Source of the DNA: a virus
Taxonomy: Duplodnaviria > Heunggongvirae > Uroviricota > Caudoviricetes
Strand: one strand, 5' to 3'
DNA: 64,000 nucleotides
Virus record (IMG/VR): IMGVR_UViG_3300047472_000248
Location: 52,315-116,314 of that record
In this document: piece by piece, positions 9,508 through 19,500 of the stretch
How positions within the stretch are numbered: the first letter of the stretch is position 1
How the letters are laid out: every line of letters begins with the position of its first letter
Translations under genes and position numbers: made by a program
The notes under the pieces: generated by a model
What the model was told of the DNA's origin: nothing
Databases searched by the model: none
The model's input: only the letters and a program-made list of their open reading frames with translations

Positions 9508-10163
9508 GCGGCCTCCTTCGCGGTCTCGAACATCTCTTTGTAGAGCCGGCGCATCTCGAACATCGCCTTCTCGTCGCCCTTCCCTTGCTCGGTCACCGCC
9601 AGGCCGTCGCGTGCGGCCCGCCTGAAGGCGACGCGATCGCGCAGCACGGCATCGGCCAGCTGCACGTTCGTCAGGTCGCCCACGACCTCGCGCATGTCGT
9701 CCGCATCGGTCATGGTCGCGTGGGTCGGGGCGCAGTTCACGACCACGTAGGCGCGCAACTTCTGGTTGAAGGTCTGGACGTCGCCCACCACCCGATCGAT
9801 CGCGGCCAGGCCGTGGATGTCGAACTGGCTCGGCCGCGCCGGGATGAGCATCACCTGGGCGACGAGCATGGCCTGGCGCAGCTCGATCGAATCACGGCCG
9901 CCGGCGTCGATGACCACGTCGTCGTAGCGTGGCGAGAGCTTGCGCAGCTCCTCGGTGACGCCCTTCCCTTTCAGCTGGATGCAGCTGATCTTCGGCTCGA
10001 CGCCCTCCTCCGTTCGGATCTCCGCCCATGAGGTGGCGCTCTGTTGCGTGTCGGTGTCGACCAGCAGCACGTCGCGCCCCGCAGCCGCCCGGATGGCCGC
10101 CAGGTTCGTCGCGATCGTCGTCTTGCCAGTGCCGCCCTTCTCTCCGCCAACGAGGACTATCAT
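9504..10163 (-). CDS. parA: ParA/ParF-family partition ATPase
   Basis: deviant Walker A GGEKGGTGKTT; DTD motif; 219 aa, small type-Ib ParA. Confidence 0.8.
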   Translation of the reverse strand: MIVLVGGEKGGTGKTTIATNLAAIRAAAGRDVLLVDTDTQQSATSWAEIRTEEGVEPKISCIQLKGKGVTEELRKLSPRYDDVVIDAGGRDSIELRQAMLVAQVMLIPARPSQFDIHGLAAIDRVVGDVQTFNQKLRAYVVVNCAPTHATMTDADDMREVVGDLTNVQLADAVLRDRVAFRRAARDGLAVTEQGKGDEKAMFEMRRLYKEMFETAKEAA

Positions 10164-10169
10164 GCTCTC

Positions 10170-10410
10170 TCCTATGCTAGGGTATCAAAGCAGATGCCAG
10201 TGCCCCATGGGCTAGGCGATCGCAGGCGATGCCAGCATAGGACAGCGTGGTGTAGGAGAGGATAGCACCCCCTTCCCTGCCCTCGGCTAGGGTTTGCGAT
10301 GCTAGGCTATGCCACCAGACCGATGCATAGCATATGAGAGGGGAGGGTAGGCGACCCTATGCGATGAGCCCGCATGCCACCATAGGCTAGGCTATCGCAG
10401 GCTATGCGAG
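10170..10410. repeat. centromere-like array of short CTAGG / TATGC / GCATAG repeats (candidate parC and par promoter)
   Basis: about 12 degenerate hexamer copies in alternating orientation directly upstream of parA. Confidence 0.5.
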
Positions 10411-10414
10411 GGGC

Positions 10415-10447
10415 ATAAAAAAGGCGCCCACGAGGGGCGCCACTGAG
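10415..10447 (-). terminator. intrinsic terminator downstream of the HTH regulator gene
   Basis: GGCGCCCCTCGTGGGCGCC hairpin followed by TTTTTTAT on the minus strand. Confidence 0.55.
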
Positions 10448-10467
10448 GGGAAGGGGTGGCCTGGAGC

Positions 10468-10977
10468 CTAAGCTGCCTTGCGATGCGACGTGCCCAGCGT
10501 GCGCGCCACTGCAGCATGTGCTGCCTTGCGCTGATCGCGGAGCTTTCGCAGAACAGGGATGAGCGCCTCGACAAAGGCAGGCTCCGCGGCCAGGTCGATG
10601 TCCATGTCCTGCAGCTCGTGGTTCACCAGACGCAGCAGGTTCGCATCCTTCTGCGAGACCATCCGGGTCGTCATGATTTCCTCCAAGGTCTTGTAAGTCT
10701 CGGGGGTGTATTCCTTCATGACCAGGCGAAAGAGATAGACGGGATCGCCGTCGATGGCCTTGCACAGCGCGGCAATCTTGTTGATCGGCAGCTTCATCTC
10801 GCCGGTCTCGATCATCGTCATGATGTTGCCGGTGGCATAGCCGAGCGTGGACGCGACTTCCCTGCGCGTCTTACCGCTGGCATCCATCAGTCGCGCGATG
10901 TAGTCGGAGACGGCGCCCTTGTATCCCCGCTCGCGCTCCTTGACTACCTCCGTCGATCCCTTCTTTTGCGTGGCCAT
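10468..10977 (-). CDS. HTH (XRE-family) transcriptional regulator, candidate repressor
   Basis: helix-turn-helix REVASTLGYATGNIMTMIETGEMKLPINKIAAL; divergent from early operon. Confidence 0.6.
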   Translation of the reverse strand: MATQKKGSTEVVKERERGYKGAVSDYIARLMDASGKTRREVASTLGYATGNIMTMIETGEMKLPINKIAALCKAIDGDPVYLFRLVMKEYTPETYKTLEEIMTTRMVSQKDANLLRLVNHELQDMDIDLAAEPAFVEALIPVLRKLRDQRKAAHAAVARTLGTSHRKAA

Positions 10978-10984
10978 GCTGTTC

Positions 10985-11268
10985 TTCCTTCCTTCAATAA
11001 AGAGGATAAATGACCGCTTGGCGGCCCTGCTTCCCTGTGGGTAGCGAGGGCATTATATGAGAGTCAGCGCTGAGTGATCAGCTCTAGACGTGCCAGATAT
11101 CGGGATTTACCTCTAGAAACTAGGGGGTCGCTTCTATCTGATCAGTCTCCCCTGACTGAGGGTGCACGTCAGACGACACCTACATTCTCCCTATAATGCA
11201 GGGGCTTCGAGACACCCCGTAACCATAGACTGCCAAGCAGTCAGCCCTGACTTAGGAGACATCGACAG
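10985..11268. promoter_or_regulatory. divergent switch region
   Basis: two CTCTAGA repeats; degenerate palindrome AGTCTCCCCTGACT at 11144; TATAAT at 11192; perfect palindrome AGTCAGCCCTGACT at 11239 overlapping RBS TAGGAGA. Confidence 0.55.
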
Positions 11269-11451
11269 ATGGCCGGCCAACTAAACGGAAAAGAAGTCAC
11301 GAGTGACGAGTTTGTTCGAGTCATGCAGTCAGCTGAGTCTGTAACACGCCTCGATATGGGGCTCGGCGACATCTACATCCTGAGGTTCAAAGCTGGCGAT
11401 CGTGCCGCGATCGCGATGGACGGGCGCTACGCCCTGGTCGACATCGGCTGA
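11269..11451 (+). CDS. first gene of rightward operon (60 aa)
   Basis: ATG 12 nt after RBS TAGGAGA; promoter-proximal position. Confidence 0.35.
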   Translation: MAGQLNGKEVTSDEFVRVMQSAESVTRLDMGLGDIYILRFKAGDRAAIAMDGRYALVDIG

Positions 11452-11536
11452 CGCATCGGCTGCTGTTGCAGCCCCGCCCCGAATCCGAGGGGCAATTTTT
11501 AGAGTTCGTTCATTGCAGCGAACGAAGGGGAGCGCG

Positions 11537-13762
11537 ATGCGCAAGGACATCATGGTGGTTCGGGAGTCGATCGGAAAGATCGTCACGCTCCTGACGGATC
11601 GCAAGATCAACGTAACACAGCGTGGCACCGACGCATACGTGCGCTACGCTCCGGACGGTCAGGTTCTCCAGCTCAACGTCCCCTACCTGCCCGATGATGC
11701 CGACGATACGCTGATCGCGGCGATCCAGGGCTTTCTGGATCATGAAGTCGGTCACGTTCTGCACACCGACCACAAGGTCGTGGTGTCGGCCGCGAAGCAG
11801 GGCACGCGCATCAAGAAGATGGCCAACCTCGTCGAGGACGTCTACGTCGAGAAGATGATGGCCAAGACATTCCCGGGCAGCGAGTCGAACCTCGAGCGCC
11901 TGCGTGAAGTCTTCCTGAACCGGATGATCAAGCCCGAGCTCGACAAGGCGATCGCCGCGGGCGACACGACCTTCGCGTCTGGCTCGCTGATGATCGTGCA
12001 GTTCCGGGCGTGGGGCGGGCAGCGCGCGTGCGCTGACTTTCTGAAGGCGAAGGCTGCCGTCTACGACCCGCTGCTGGCAGACCTGCGCGACGCCCTGGGC
12101 GCCGACATCGCCGAGCAGCTCGGGCAGACCCGCAGCAGCGCCGACTGCCTGCACCTGGCCAAGCGGGTGATCGCCCGGATCGAACAGTGGGAGGAAGACC
12201 GCAAGAAGAAGGAGATGGAGCGCCGCCGCAAAGAGCGCGAGGCAGCCAAGAAGGAAGAGGAGGAAAAAGAGCCACCGCCGCCGCCCAAGGACGACCCCCG
12301 CGAGGAGTCTGAAGAGCAGCCGCCCAAGGAAGGGGAGGGCGAAGAAGAGCCTCCAGAGGAGGCCGAACCGGGCGAGGGTGGCGAGGGCGAGCCGGCACCC
12401 GAAGAGGGCAGCTCGGAAGAGGAGGGCGAGCCCGCCCCGGGCGACGACGAGGGTGAAGAGCCTGCCCCCAGCGAAGAGCCCACGGAAGAGGGCGCACCGC
12501 CACCCGAACTGAAGCCGTCGGGTGAGGAGTCCGCCGGCGAACCCGAGCCCGGGGAAGAGCCTGAAGAAGATGAGGGTGCCGGCATGGGCGCCAGCGAACC
12601 CGAGCCGACCCCTGAACCCGGGGAGAGCAGTGCGGGCGCTGAGGAGGAGGGTGAGGAGGGTGAGGAGGGCACAGCACCGTCTGAAGAGCCGGCATCGGCG
12701 GCCGCCGAAGAGGGTGGGGAGGAAGAAGAGGAGGAAGACCTCGGTCCCGAGCCGGAACCGTCGTCGCTGCTGCCGGCGCTGGACGAAGCCGAGGGGACCG
12801 ACTTCAGCAAGGATCTGGCCAAGATTCTGGGCGAGGATTCCCGAGAGACTATGGTCAAGTCGGACTACTGCATCTTCTCCACCGAGTGGGACAAGGTCGA
12901 GATCTTCGAGCCGCCCGGCGCGGTGCCCGACCGCCAGGTCACCGACCTGGTGGAGACCACGACGTCGATGGTGGGCGTCATGGCCAAGAACCTCGAGCGC
13001 GCGATCGCCGCGATGACCAAGGTCGCCTGGAACCCCGGGCTGCGCCGCGGCCGCATCAACCCGTCCGCCCTGGCCAAGTCGGGCGTGGGCGACGATCGTC
13101 TCTTCCGCAAGCGCTACGAGCACCGGGCGAAGGACACGGCGGCGACCCTGCTGATCGACTGCTCCGGGTCGATGCAGGGCCCGAAGATGCGCACCGCTGC
13201 GCTGGCGGGCTACGCGCTGTCGATGGTGCTGGAGCGCCTTCGTGTGCCGCACGAGGTGGTGGGGTTCACGACGAGGATCTCCACCGAGATGGAGGCGGCA
13301 CTCGACCGTGAGCGTCGCAGTCACGGACGCTCCGTGAACTATTCGCGGGACGAGTCGCTCTACATGCCGATCTTCAAGGAATTCCACGAGCGGGTGACGG
13401 CAGTCGTCACGCGCCGTATGGCTTACCTGGTCCCTGGCTACCCCGAGGGCGTGATGCGGAACAACGTCGACGGCGAGAGCGTGCAGATCGCTGCGCATCG
13501 CCTGCGCCAGCAGCGTGCCAGTCGGCACGTCCTGATGGTGCTGTCGGATGGGCGGCCGGCCTGCTCGCCAGGCTATGGGCTGAACGAGCACCTGCAGAAG
13601 GTCGTTCGGAACGTCGAAGCGAGCGGCATCGATGTCATCGGCATCGGCATCGGCACCTCGGTCGTCGAGCAGTTCTATCCACGCAACGTCGTGGTCGACG
13701 ACATCAAGGAACTGCCGCAGGTCGTCATCAGCCAACTCGGAAAGTTGCTCTTGGCTGTGTGA
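11537..13762 (+). CDS. CobT-like von Willebrand factor A protein with long acidic E/P/G-rich linker
   Basis: C-terminal MIDAS LLIDCSGSM; ~250-aa low-complexity poly-E/P region; RBS AAGGGGAG; 11402 is the ORF-track start, 11537 is the preferred ATG. Confidence 0.6.
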   Translation: MRKDIMVVRESIGKIVTLLTDRKINVTQRGTDAYVRYAPDGQVLQLNVPYLPDDADDTLIAAIQGFLDHEVGHVLHTDHKVVVSAAKQGTRIKKMANLVEDVYVEKMMAKTFPGSESNLERLREVFLNRMIKPELDKAIAAGDTTFASGSLMIVQFRAWGGQRACADFLKAKAAVYDPLLADLRDALGADIAEQLGQTRSSADCLHLAKRVIARIEQWEEDRKKKEMERRRKEREAAKKEEEEKEPPPPPKDDPREESEEQPPKEGEGEEEPPEEAEPGEGGEGEPAPEEGSSEEEGEPAPGDDEGEEPAPSEEPTEEGAPPPELKPSGEESAGEPEPGEEPEEDEGAGMGASEPEPTPEPGESSAGAEEEGEEGEEGTAPSEEPASAAAEEGGEEEEEEDLGPEPEPSSLLPALDEAEGTDFSKDLAKILGEDSRETMVKSDYCIFSTEWDKVEIFEPPGAVPDRQVTDLVETTTSMVGVMAKNLERAIAAMTKVAWNPGLRRGRINPSALAKSGVGDDRLFRKRYEHRAKDTAATLLIDCSGSMQGPKMRTAALAGYALSMVLERLRVPHEVVGFTTRISTEMEAALDRERRSHGRSVNYSRDESLYMPIFKEFHERVTAVVTRRMAYLVPGYPEGVMRNNVDGESVQIAAHRLRQQRASRHVLMVLSDGRPACSPGYGLNEHLQKVVRNVEASGIDVIGIGIGTSVVEQFYPRNVVVDDIKELPQVVISQLGKLLLAV

Positions 13763-13789
13763 GATTTTTCTCGCTCGCCCGTTGCGATA

Positions 13790-13811
13790 AGTCAGCCCTG
13801 ACTGTATGATT
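13790..13811 (+). promoter_or_regulatory. AGTCAGCCCTGACT + TGTATGAT
   Basis: between the CobT-like and CobS-like genes. Confidence 0.5.
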
Positions 13812-13877
13812 GCCGAGAACCAGAGCGCATAGTTCGTTCTGTCGCATTTAGCTAAACCTTTTTTGGGGAGCACCTTT

Positions 13878-15086
13878 ATGAGCGAAGTCGCCACCGTCGA
13901 AGAACTCGACACCCGGATCAGCTGCGAAATCTGTGGTGCCAAGTGCCACGGCATTCAGACGCACCTGAAGGATGATCACGCCGACTGGACATTGGCACGC
14001 TACGAGAAGGAGTTCCCCGGCAAGCCGCTGCTCTCCGAGCTGGCCAAGATGAAACTCGCCGAGCACCAGGCCGCAAAGAAGGCTGCCGCAAACCCGGCGT
14101 CGTCATCAGTCAGCACTGACTCGAAGCAGCGCGCTGAGACGAAGTTCTTCCATGAAGTCTTCGGGCTGGGCATGGTGCCGGCGGCGCTCAGCACCCCGTC
14201 GAAGGACGGGAAAAAGAAGGCACGGCCGATCCCGATCACGACGCTGATCAACACGCCGGAATCGCAGCCGATGGTGCCGGCGATCGACCCGAACTACGTC
14301 TTCAACCTCGACGTCCTCAAGAGCGTGATGCTTGCCGCCGAGATGGGCGTCGCGGCCTATCTCTGGGGCCACGCCGGCACGGGGAAGACCTCCCTGTTCG
14401 AGCAGCTGTTCGCGCGGACCAACCGCCCGATGATCCGGGTGCAGCACACCGCCAACATGGAAGAGTCGCACATCGTCGGCCAGTGGGTGCTGCGTGAGGG
14501 CGAGACGGTGTTCGAACTCGGCCCGCTGCCGCTGGCCATGATCAATGGGTGGGTCTACCTCGCCGACGAATACGACTTCGGCCGCCCCGAGGTGCTGTCG
14601 GTCTACCAGGCCGTGCTCGAGGGCAAGGCGCTGGTGATCAAGGAAGCTGACGCGAAGAACCGCGTCATCAAGCCGCACCCGAACTTCCGCTTCGTCGCGA
14701 CGGGCAACACCAACGGCACGGGCGACGAGTCGGGCCTGTATTCGGGCACGAACATCCAGAACGCCGCCAACTACGAGCGCTTCGCCATCGTCGAGCGCAT
14801 GCCCTACATGGAGCCCGAGCTGGAGGCACGCCTCGTGTCGCAGCAGGCCGCCATCGCGATTCTCGACGCGCGCAAGCTGGTCGACTACGCCGGGCGCATC
14901 CGCACCGAGTTCGACAACGGCAAGGTGACCTCGCCGATCTCCCCGCGCTCGCTGATCTACGCCGGGAAGATCGGGATGATCCGCGCCAACTACCGCATCG
15001 GCCTCGAGAAGGCCTACATCAACCGCCTGTCCTCGGTCGACCGAGAGACGGCATTGCAATTCGCCCAGCGCGTTTTCGGAGCTTGA
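13878..15086 (+). CDS. AAA+ ATPase, CobS/MoxR-like
   Basis: Walker A GHAGTGKTS, Walker B-like VYLADEYD; N-terminal Cys/His cluster CEICGAKCHGIQTH. Confidence 0.65.
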   Translation: MSEVATVEELDTRISCEICGAKCHGIQTHLKDDHADWTLARYEKEFPGKPLLSELAKMKLAEHQAAKKAAANPASSSVSTDSKQRAETKFFHEVFGLGMVPAALSTPSKDGKKKARPIPITTLINTPESQPMVPAIDPNYVFNLDVLKSVMLAAEMGVAAYLWGHAGTGKTSLFEQLFARTNRPMIRVQHTANMEESHIVGQWVLREGETVFELGPLPLAMINGWVYLADEYDFGRPEVLSVYQAVLEGKALVIKEADAKNRVIKPHPNFRFVATGNTNGTGDESGLYSGTNIQNAANYERFAIVERMPYMEPELEARLVSQQAAIAILDARKLVDYAGRIRTEFDNGKVTSPISPRSLIYAGKIGMIRANYRIGLEKAYINRLSSVDRETALQFAQRVFGA

Positions 15087-15742
15087 GCATGACGGCAGTA
15101 ACCAAAGAGCAGTTCGCCAACGACGGCAGCTATGAGTCGGTCGAGCGCATGTTGCGCCAGCTGGCGGGCAAGTGCTTCAAGCGCGTGTCGGGCATGGGTC
15201 TTTCGATGGACTTCGATGACTGCATGGGCATCATGAACGTCGGCTATGCCGAGTCCCTGCGCACCTGGGACCCCGAGAAGTCCAAGTTCGCGACGTGGTG
15301 CCAGTTCGTCGGGCTGCAGCACTTCAACCGCGCGATCGCGAAGGAAGAGCGCGAACGTGCCGAGATGGGCATGGTGTCCTTCACCGACATCATGGGCTCG
15401 AGCGAGGAGGGCAGCGACGACTTCACCGAGTTCTTCGCGGCCGCCGAGTCCGATGCAGAAGAGGCGCCCGACGAGCGACGGGCCCGGTTCGAGCTGAACA
15501 TGGAGCGTCTGCGCACGCTGTCGCCGGCGGCCAAGCGCCTGGTCAAGGCGCTGATCGAGTCGGAGATGGCCGTCAGCCGCGAGATCGTCACGCTGCACAG
15601 CCTGACCCAAGCCCTGGGCATGGACCCCAAGACCGTCTCCGGCGTCTGCCGTGAGCTGAAGCACGTCTACAGCCTGACGAACCTGCGTGTGGTCGCGCCG
15701 GCCAGGCCGAAGGGCGAAGCGCAGGAGCAGACCGCGGCGTGA
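15083..15742 (+). CDS. sigma-70-family-like RNA polymerase sigma factor
   Basis: region-2-like FATWCQFVGLQHFNRAIAKEER (cf. FxTYAxWWIRQAIxRAI); C-terminal HTH-like region 4. Confidence 0.45.
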   Translation: MSMTAVTKEQFANDGSYESVERMLRQLAGKCFKRVSGMGLSMDFDDCMGIMNVGYAESLRTWDPEKSKFATWCQFVGLQHFNRAIAKEERERAEMGMVSFTDIMGSSEEGSDDFTEFFAAAESDAEEAPDERRARFELNMERLRTLSPAAKRLVKALIESEMAVSREIVTLHSLTQALGMDPKTVSGVCRELKHVYSLTNLRVVAPARPKGEAQEQTAA

Positions 15743-16317
15743 AACCCGTTTGCTATGGCATGGTGAGCATGCACGAGCCGGGCAGCCGCGTCTGCCAGGA
15801 ATGCCCGCATCAGGCCGGCTGCTCCAGCGCGGCCTACCAGCTGCTCGACCGGCTGCCCGACACGCCCGAGGTGCGCACGACGCGCCAGCAGCTCGCAGCG
15901 GTGCGCGCAGCGACCGCAGACTCGCCAGAGGGGCAGGGGAGGGAGGTGCAGCGCAGCAAGCGCGGCGTGCTCAGAATCGCCCTCACGGTGGCCGAGTTGG
16001 CGGCGATCGAGCGGTTGCCCGCGGCGGTCGGTGCGCGCGTCAAGACGCTGGCCGAGCGTGGCTGGTTTGCGTTCGCCCGGGCCGAGCTCCAGGCCGGCCG
16101 CAACCCCGCCCCGAGCGGGACGATGAAGGTGGCGATGGACGCGCTGCTCGCCGGCGGCTGCACCCGCAAGGGACTGATCCAGGCCTTCGTCACGCAGCTC
16201 GGCATCAAGCCCGCGTCTGCTGCCGTGCAGGCTTCGGTGCTGGTCTCCGTGCTGGCCTTCGGGAAGATCGCAGTGGACAACTACGGGAAGCTGGTCCCGA
16301 CGCCGAACAACAACTGA
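15739..16317 (+). CDS. Cys-rich hypothetical protein
   Basis: 192 aa; N-terminal CxxC...CPHQAGC. Confidence 0.45.
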   Translation: MKPVCYGMVSMHEPGSRVCQECPHQAGCSSAAYQLLDRLPDTPEVRTTRQQLAAVRAATADSPEGQGREVQRSKRGVLRIALTVAELAAIERLPAAVGARVKTLAERGWFAFARAELQAGRNPAPSGTMKVAMDALLAGGCTRKGLIQAFVTQLGIKPASAAVQASVLVSVLAFGKIAVDNYGKLVPTPNNN

Positions 16318-16329
16318 GAGACTGCCCCT

Positions 16330-16575
16330 ATGTCAGAAGTCACGATCACCATGCCCAAGGAACTCACGGGCGAAATGCTGCGCGCGGTGCGTGAGCATCC
16401 ACTCACGAAGGTCGAAGACCGCGACGAGATGAACCTGCGCATCGGCTGGCTGATCTGCGCCTGGGACGTGCTCGCGGAGCACCGCCGGCCGCCACCCGTG
16501 CCGTATCGACCGCCACAGCCGACCCCACTGGGGGCGATTCCCAACGATCCGAGAGTGAAGTGGTCCTGGAAATGA
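16330..16575 (+). CDS. hypothetical protein
   Basis: 81 aa; RBS AGAGACTGCCCCT; ATGA overlap with dnaE start. Confidence 0.45.
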   Translation: MSEVTITMPKELTGEMLRAVREHPLTKVEDRDEMNLRIGWLICAWDVLAEHRRPPPVPYRPPQPTPLGAIPNDPRVKWSWK

Positions 16576-19500
16576 ACCCCCTTCAGATCGCCCCATCGAT
16601 TCGCTCCGACTTCTCGATCGGCGAATCCTCTGCGCAGATCCCGAAGCTGGTCGACCGCGCGAAGGAGCTGGGCTACAAGGCGCTCGCGCTCGTGGACACC
16701 ATGAGCGTCTCGTCGATGCCCAAGTTCGCCAGCGCGTGCAAGAAGGCCGAGATCAAGCCCATCGTTGGCTGCACCGTCCGGGTCGTCAACGATCCCGCCG
16801 AGCGGGTGAAGGACCGCGAGAATGGCGGCTACCGCCTGAAGGTCTACGTCAAGACCGAGCGGGGCCTGCAGTCGCTCTACCGGTTGCTGACGACGGCGCT
16901 CCAGCCCGACCACTTCTACTATCACAGCCGCTGCTCGCTCGACGAGGTCCTGCAGCTCGAGGACGTGATCGTCACCACGGGCGACATGCACAACCTCTGG
17001 CACCGGCAGGACGCGGCCGCGATCGACAGCCACCTGATTCACCGCTTTGGGAACGACTACGGGGTGGAGCTGGTCGCGCTGAAGACGCCACTCTTCGACC
17101 GCCTGAACCGCACCGCCTGGGAAGTGGCACAGTCTCAAAGCCGCAACATCATCGTCACCCGGCCGGTCTTCTACCTCACGCCGGAGGATGCCGACAGCAC
17201 CGACGTGCTGCGGGCGATCTCGTCCAACACGTCGGTCGACAGCATCTTCCTCCCGCAGCCCTACGTGCGCGACATGGCGCTGCTCGACCCCAAGGACTAC
17301 CTGAAGCACCTGCAGGCGCTCGACGAGACGCTGGGCGCCAAGGTGGCAAGCCGCGGGCTGCACCACGTCAAGGGCATCGCCGACAACTGCACCTACGAAT
17401 TCAAGAAGCTCCCACCCTCCATGCCCAAGATGGCAGAGGACGAGTTCGTCACTCTCTGCGGCATCGTGCGCGACGGCTGGACCGAACGCTTCTCGAAGAC
17501 CGTCTGGGGCCACGCGCCGGCGCCCGCCGAGCTGCAGGTCTACAAGGACCGCCTCAGCTTCGAGCTGAGCGTCCTGAAGAAGATGGGCTTCAGCGGCTAC
17601 TTCCTGCTGGTGCACGACATCGTCCAGTGGTCGAAGGACAACGGCATCCGCGTGGGCCCCGGGCGGGGCTCCGCCGGCGGCAGTCTGGTCGCCTACCTCA
17701 TGGGGATCACTGACCTCGACCCCGTGCGCTTCGACCTCCTGTTCGAGCGCTTCATCAATCCCGACCGGATCGACTTGCCCGACGCCGACCTCGACTTCAT
17801 GTCCGGGCGCCGGCACGAGGTGATCGAATACATCACCAACAAGTGGGGCAAGGATCACGTCGCGGGCATCGTCAACTTCTCCACCCTGGGCGCTGCGTCT
17901 GCGCTGCGCGACAGCGCGCGCCTGCACGGCCTGAAGCCCTACGAGTATTCGTGCTCGAAGCAGATGGAGAAGGAGCACGGGGTCGCGCTCAGCCTCGAGA
18001 AGTCCGCCGAGCTGGTGCCCGACATCGAGAAATTCAAGCTGGACCGCCCGGTGATATGGAACCACGCGGTGCGCATCGAGGGCGCCAACCGCAACCTCTC
18101 GCAGCACGCCGCGGGCGTGGTCGTCGCCGGCGAGCCGATCGTCAACCGGGCGGTGGTCTCCACCCAGCCGGGGCACGCGGTCATCCAGTGGGACAAGAGC
18201 CAGGTCGAAGAGTTCGGCCTGATCAAGATGGACATCTTGGGCCTGACGACGCTCGACGTGATCGATGCGATCCTCACCTACGTGAAGGAGCGCCATCACA
18301 AGACGATCGACACGCTGCGGCTGCCGCTCGACGACGACAAGACCCTGAAGGCATTCGCCAAGGGCGACACCGTGGGGGTGTTCCAGTTCACGGGGTCGGG
18401 CATGCGCAAGCTGCTCAAAGAGATGGCGATGGGCGGGCCGCTGACGTTCGACGATGCGTGCGCTGCCACCGCGCTGTTCCGGCCGGGCCCGCTCGACGCC
18501 GGCCTGTGTGACCGCTACGTTCAGGTGAAGCAGGGAGCCGCGACGCCCTACTACGAGCACCCCGCGCTCGAGGAGTGCCTCAGCGACACCTTCGGCGTGA
18601 TCGTCTACCAGGAGCAGGTCATGAAGATCTGCCGGGTGCTCTGCGGGTTTACCCCGGGTGAAGCCGACGGTGTGCGCAAGGCCATCGGGAAGAAAGACCC
18701 GGTGAAGATGGCCGAATACGGGGAGCAGTTCGTCGCCGGCGCCGTCAAGGCAGGCATGGACAGCTTCCGCGCCGAGGCGCTTTGGGAGCAGATTCTGGGC
18801 TTCGCGGGCTACGCCTTCAACAAGTCGCACAGCTACGCCTACACGCTGCTCAGCTACACCACCATGTGGCTGAAGGTGAACTACCCGCTGGAGTTCTTCG
18901 CGGGCTCGCTGTCGGTGGTCGACGACTCGGACGCCCAGGCGATCCTGATCGCCGACGCGCAGAGCAGGGGCATCCGTGTGCTGCCGCCCGACGTGAACTA
19001 CAGCAGCGCGCGCATCGAGATCAAGGGCGAGGACGAACTCTACGCGCCGCTGCAGGCCGTCAAGGGCATCAGCAGCAACGTCGCCGCGTCGATCCTGAAG
19101 CTGCGCGAGGCCACCTCGGAGCACGTCCACGTCGGGCCGCCCGTGGTCAGAACGAAATCCCCGCTGACGATGACGGACTTCGATCCGGCGCGCCAGAAGG
19201 AGATTTTGGGGCGGGTCAAGGTCAACGCCGCGCACCGCGCTGCGCTCGATAAGGTGGGCGGGTTCTTCTCGATCACCGGTGGCGTGCCCCCGACGCACCC
19301 TGACCGCTTGCGCGACCGACTGGCACTCATGCCCGGGTTCACCGTCGAGACGGTGAAGGCCGATCGGAAGCTCACCGTCGAGCACCTGGCCAAGATCAAG
19401 ATCACCCGCCTGGTGGAAGAGGCGCGGACCTGCGAGGGCTGCTCGTTCAAGGGCAAGACGCACCCCGTGGTCCGCATGGGCGACGCGCCGAAGTTCATGC

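Noticed and set aside
11510-13954. 814-aa minus-strand ORF antisense to the CobT-like gene
   Set aside because: Low-complexity L/R/G-rich translation mirroring the acidic repeat on the + strand; no start/RBS context; + strand has a MIDAS motif.
16281-19463. 1060-aa minus-strand ORF antisense to dnaE
   Set aside because: Shadow ORF; + strand encodes unmistakable Pol III alpha motifs.
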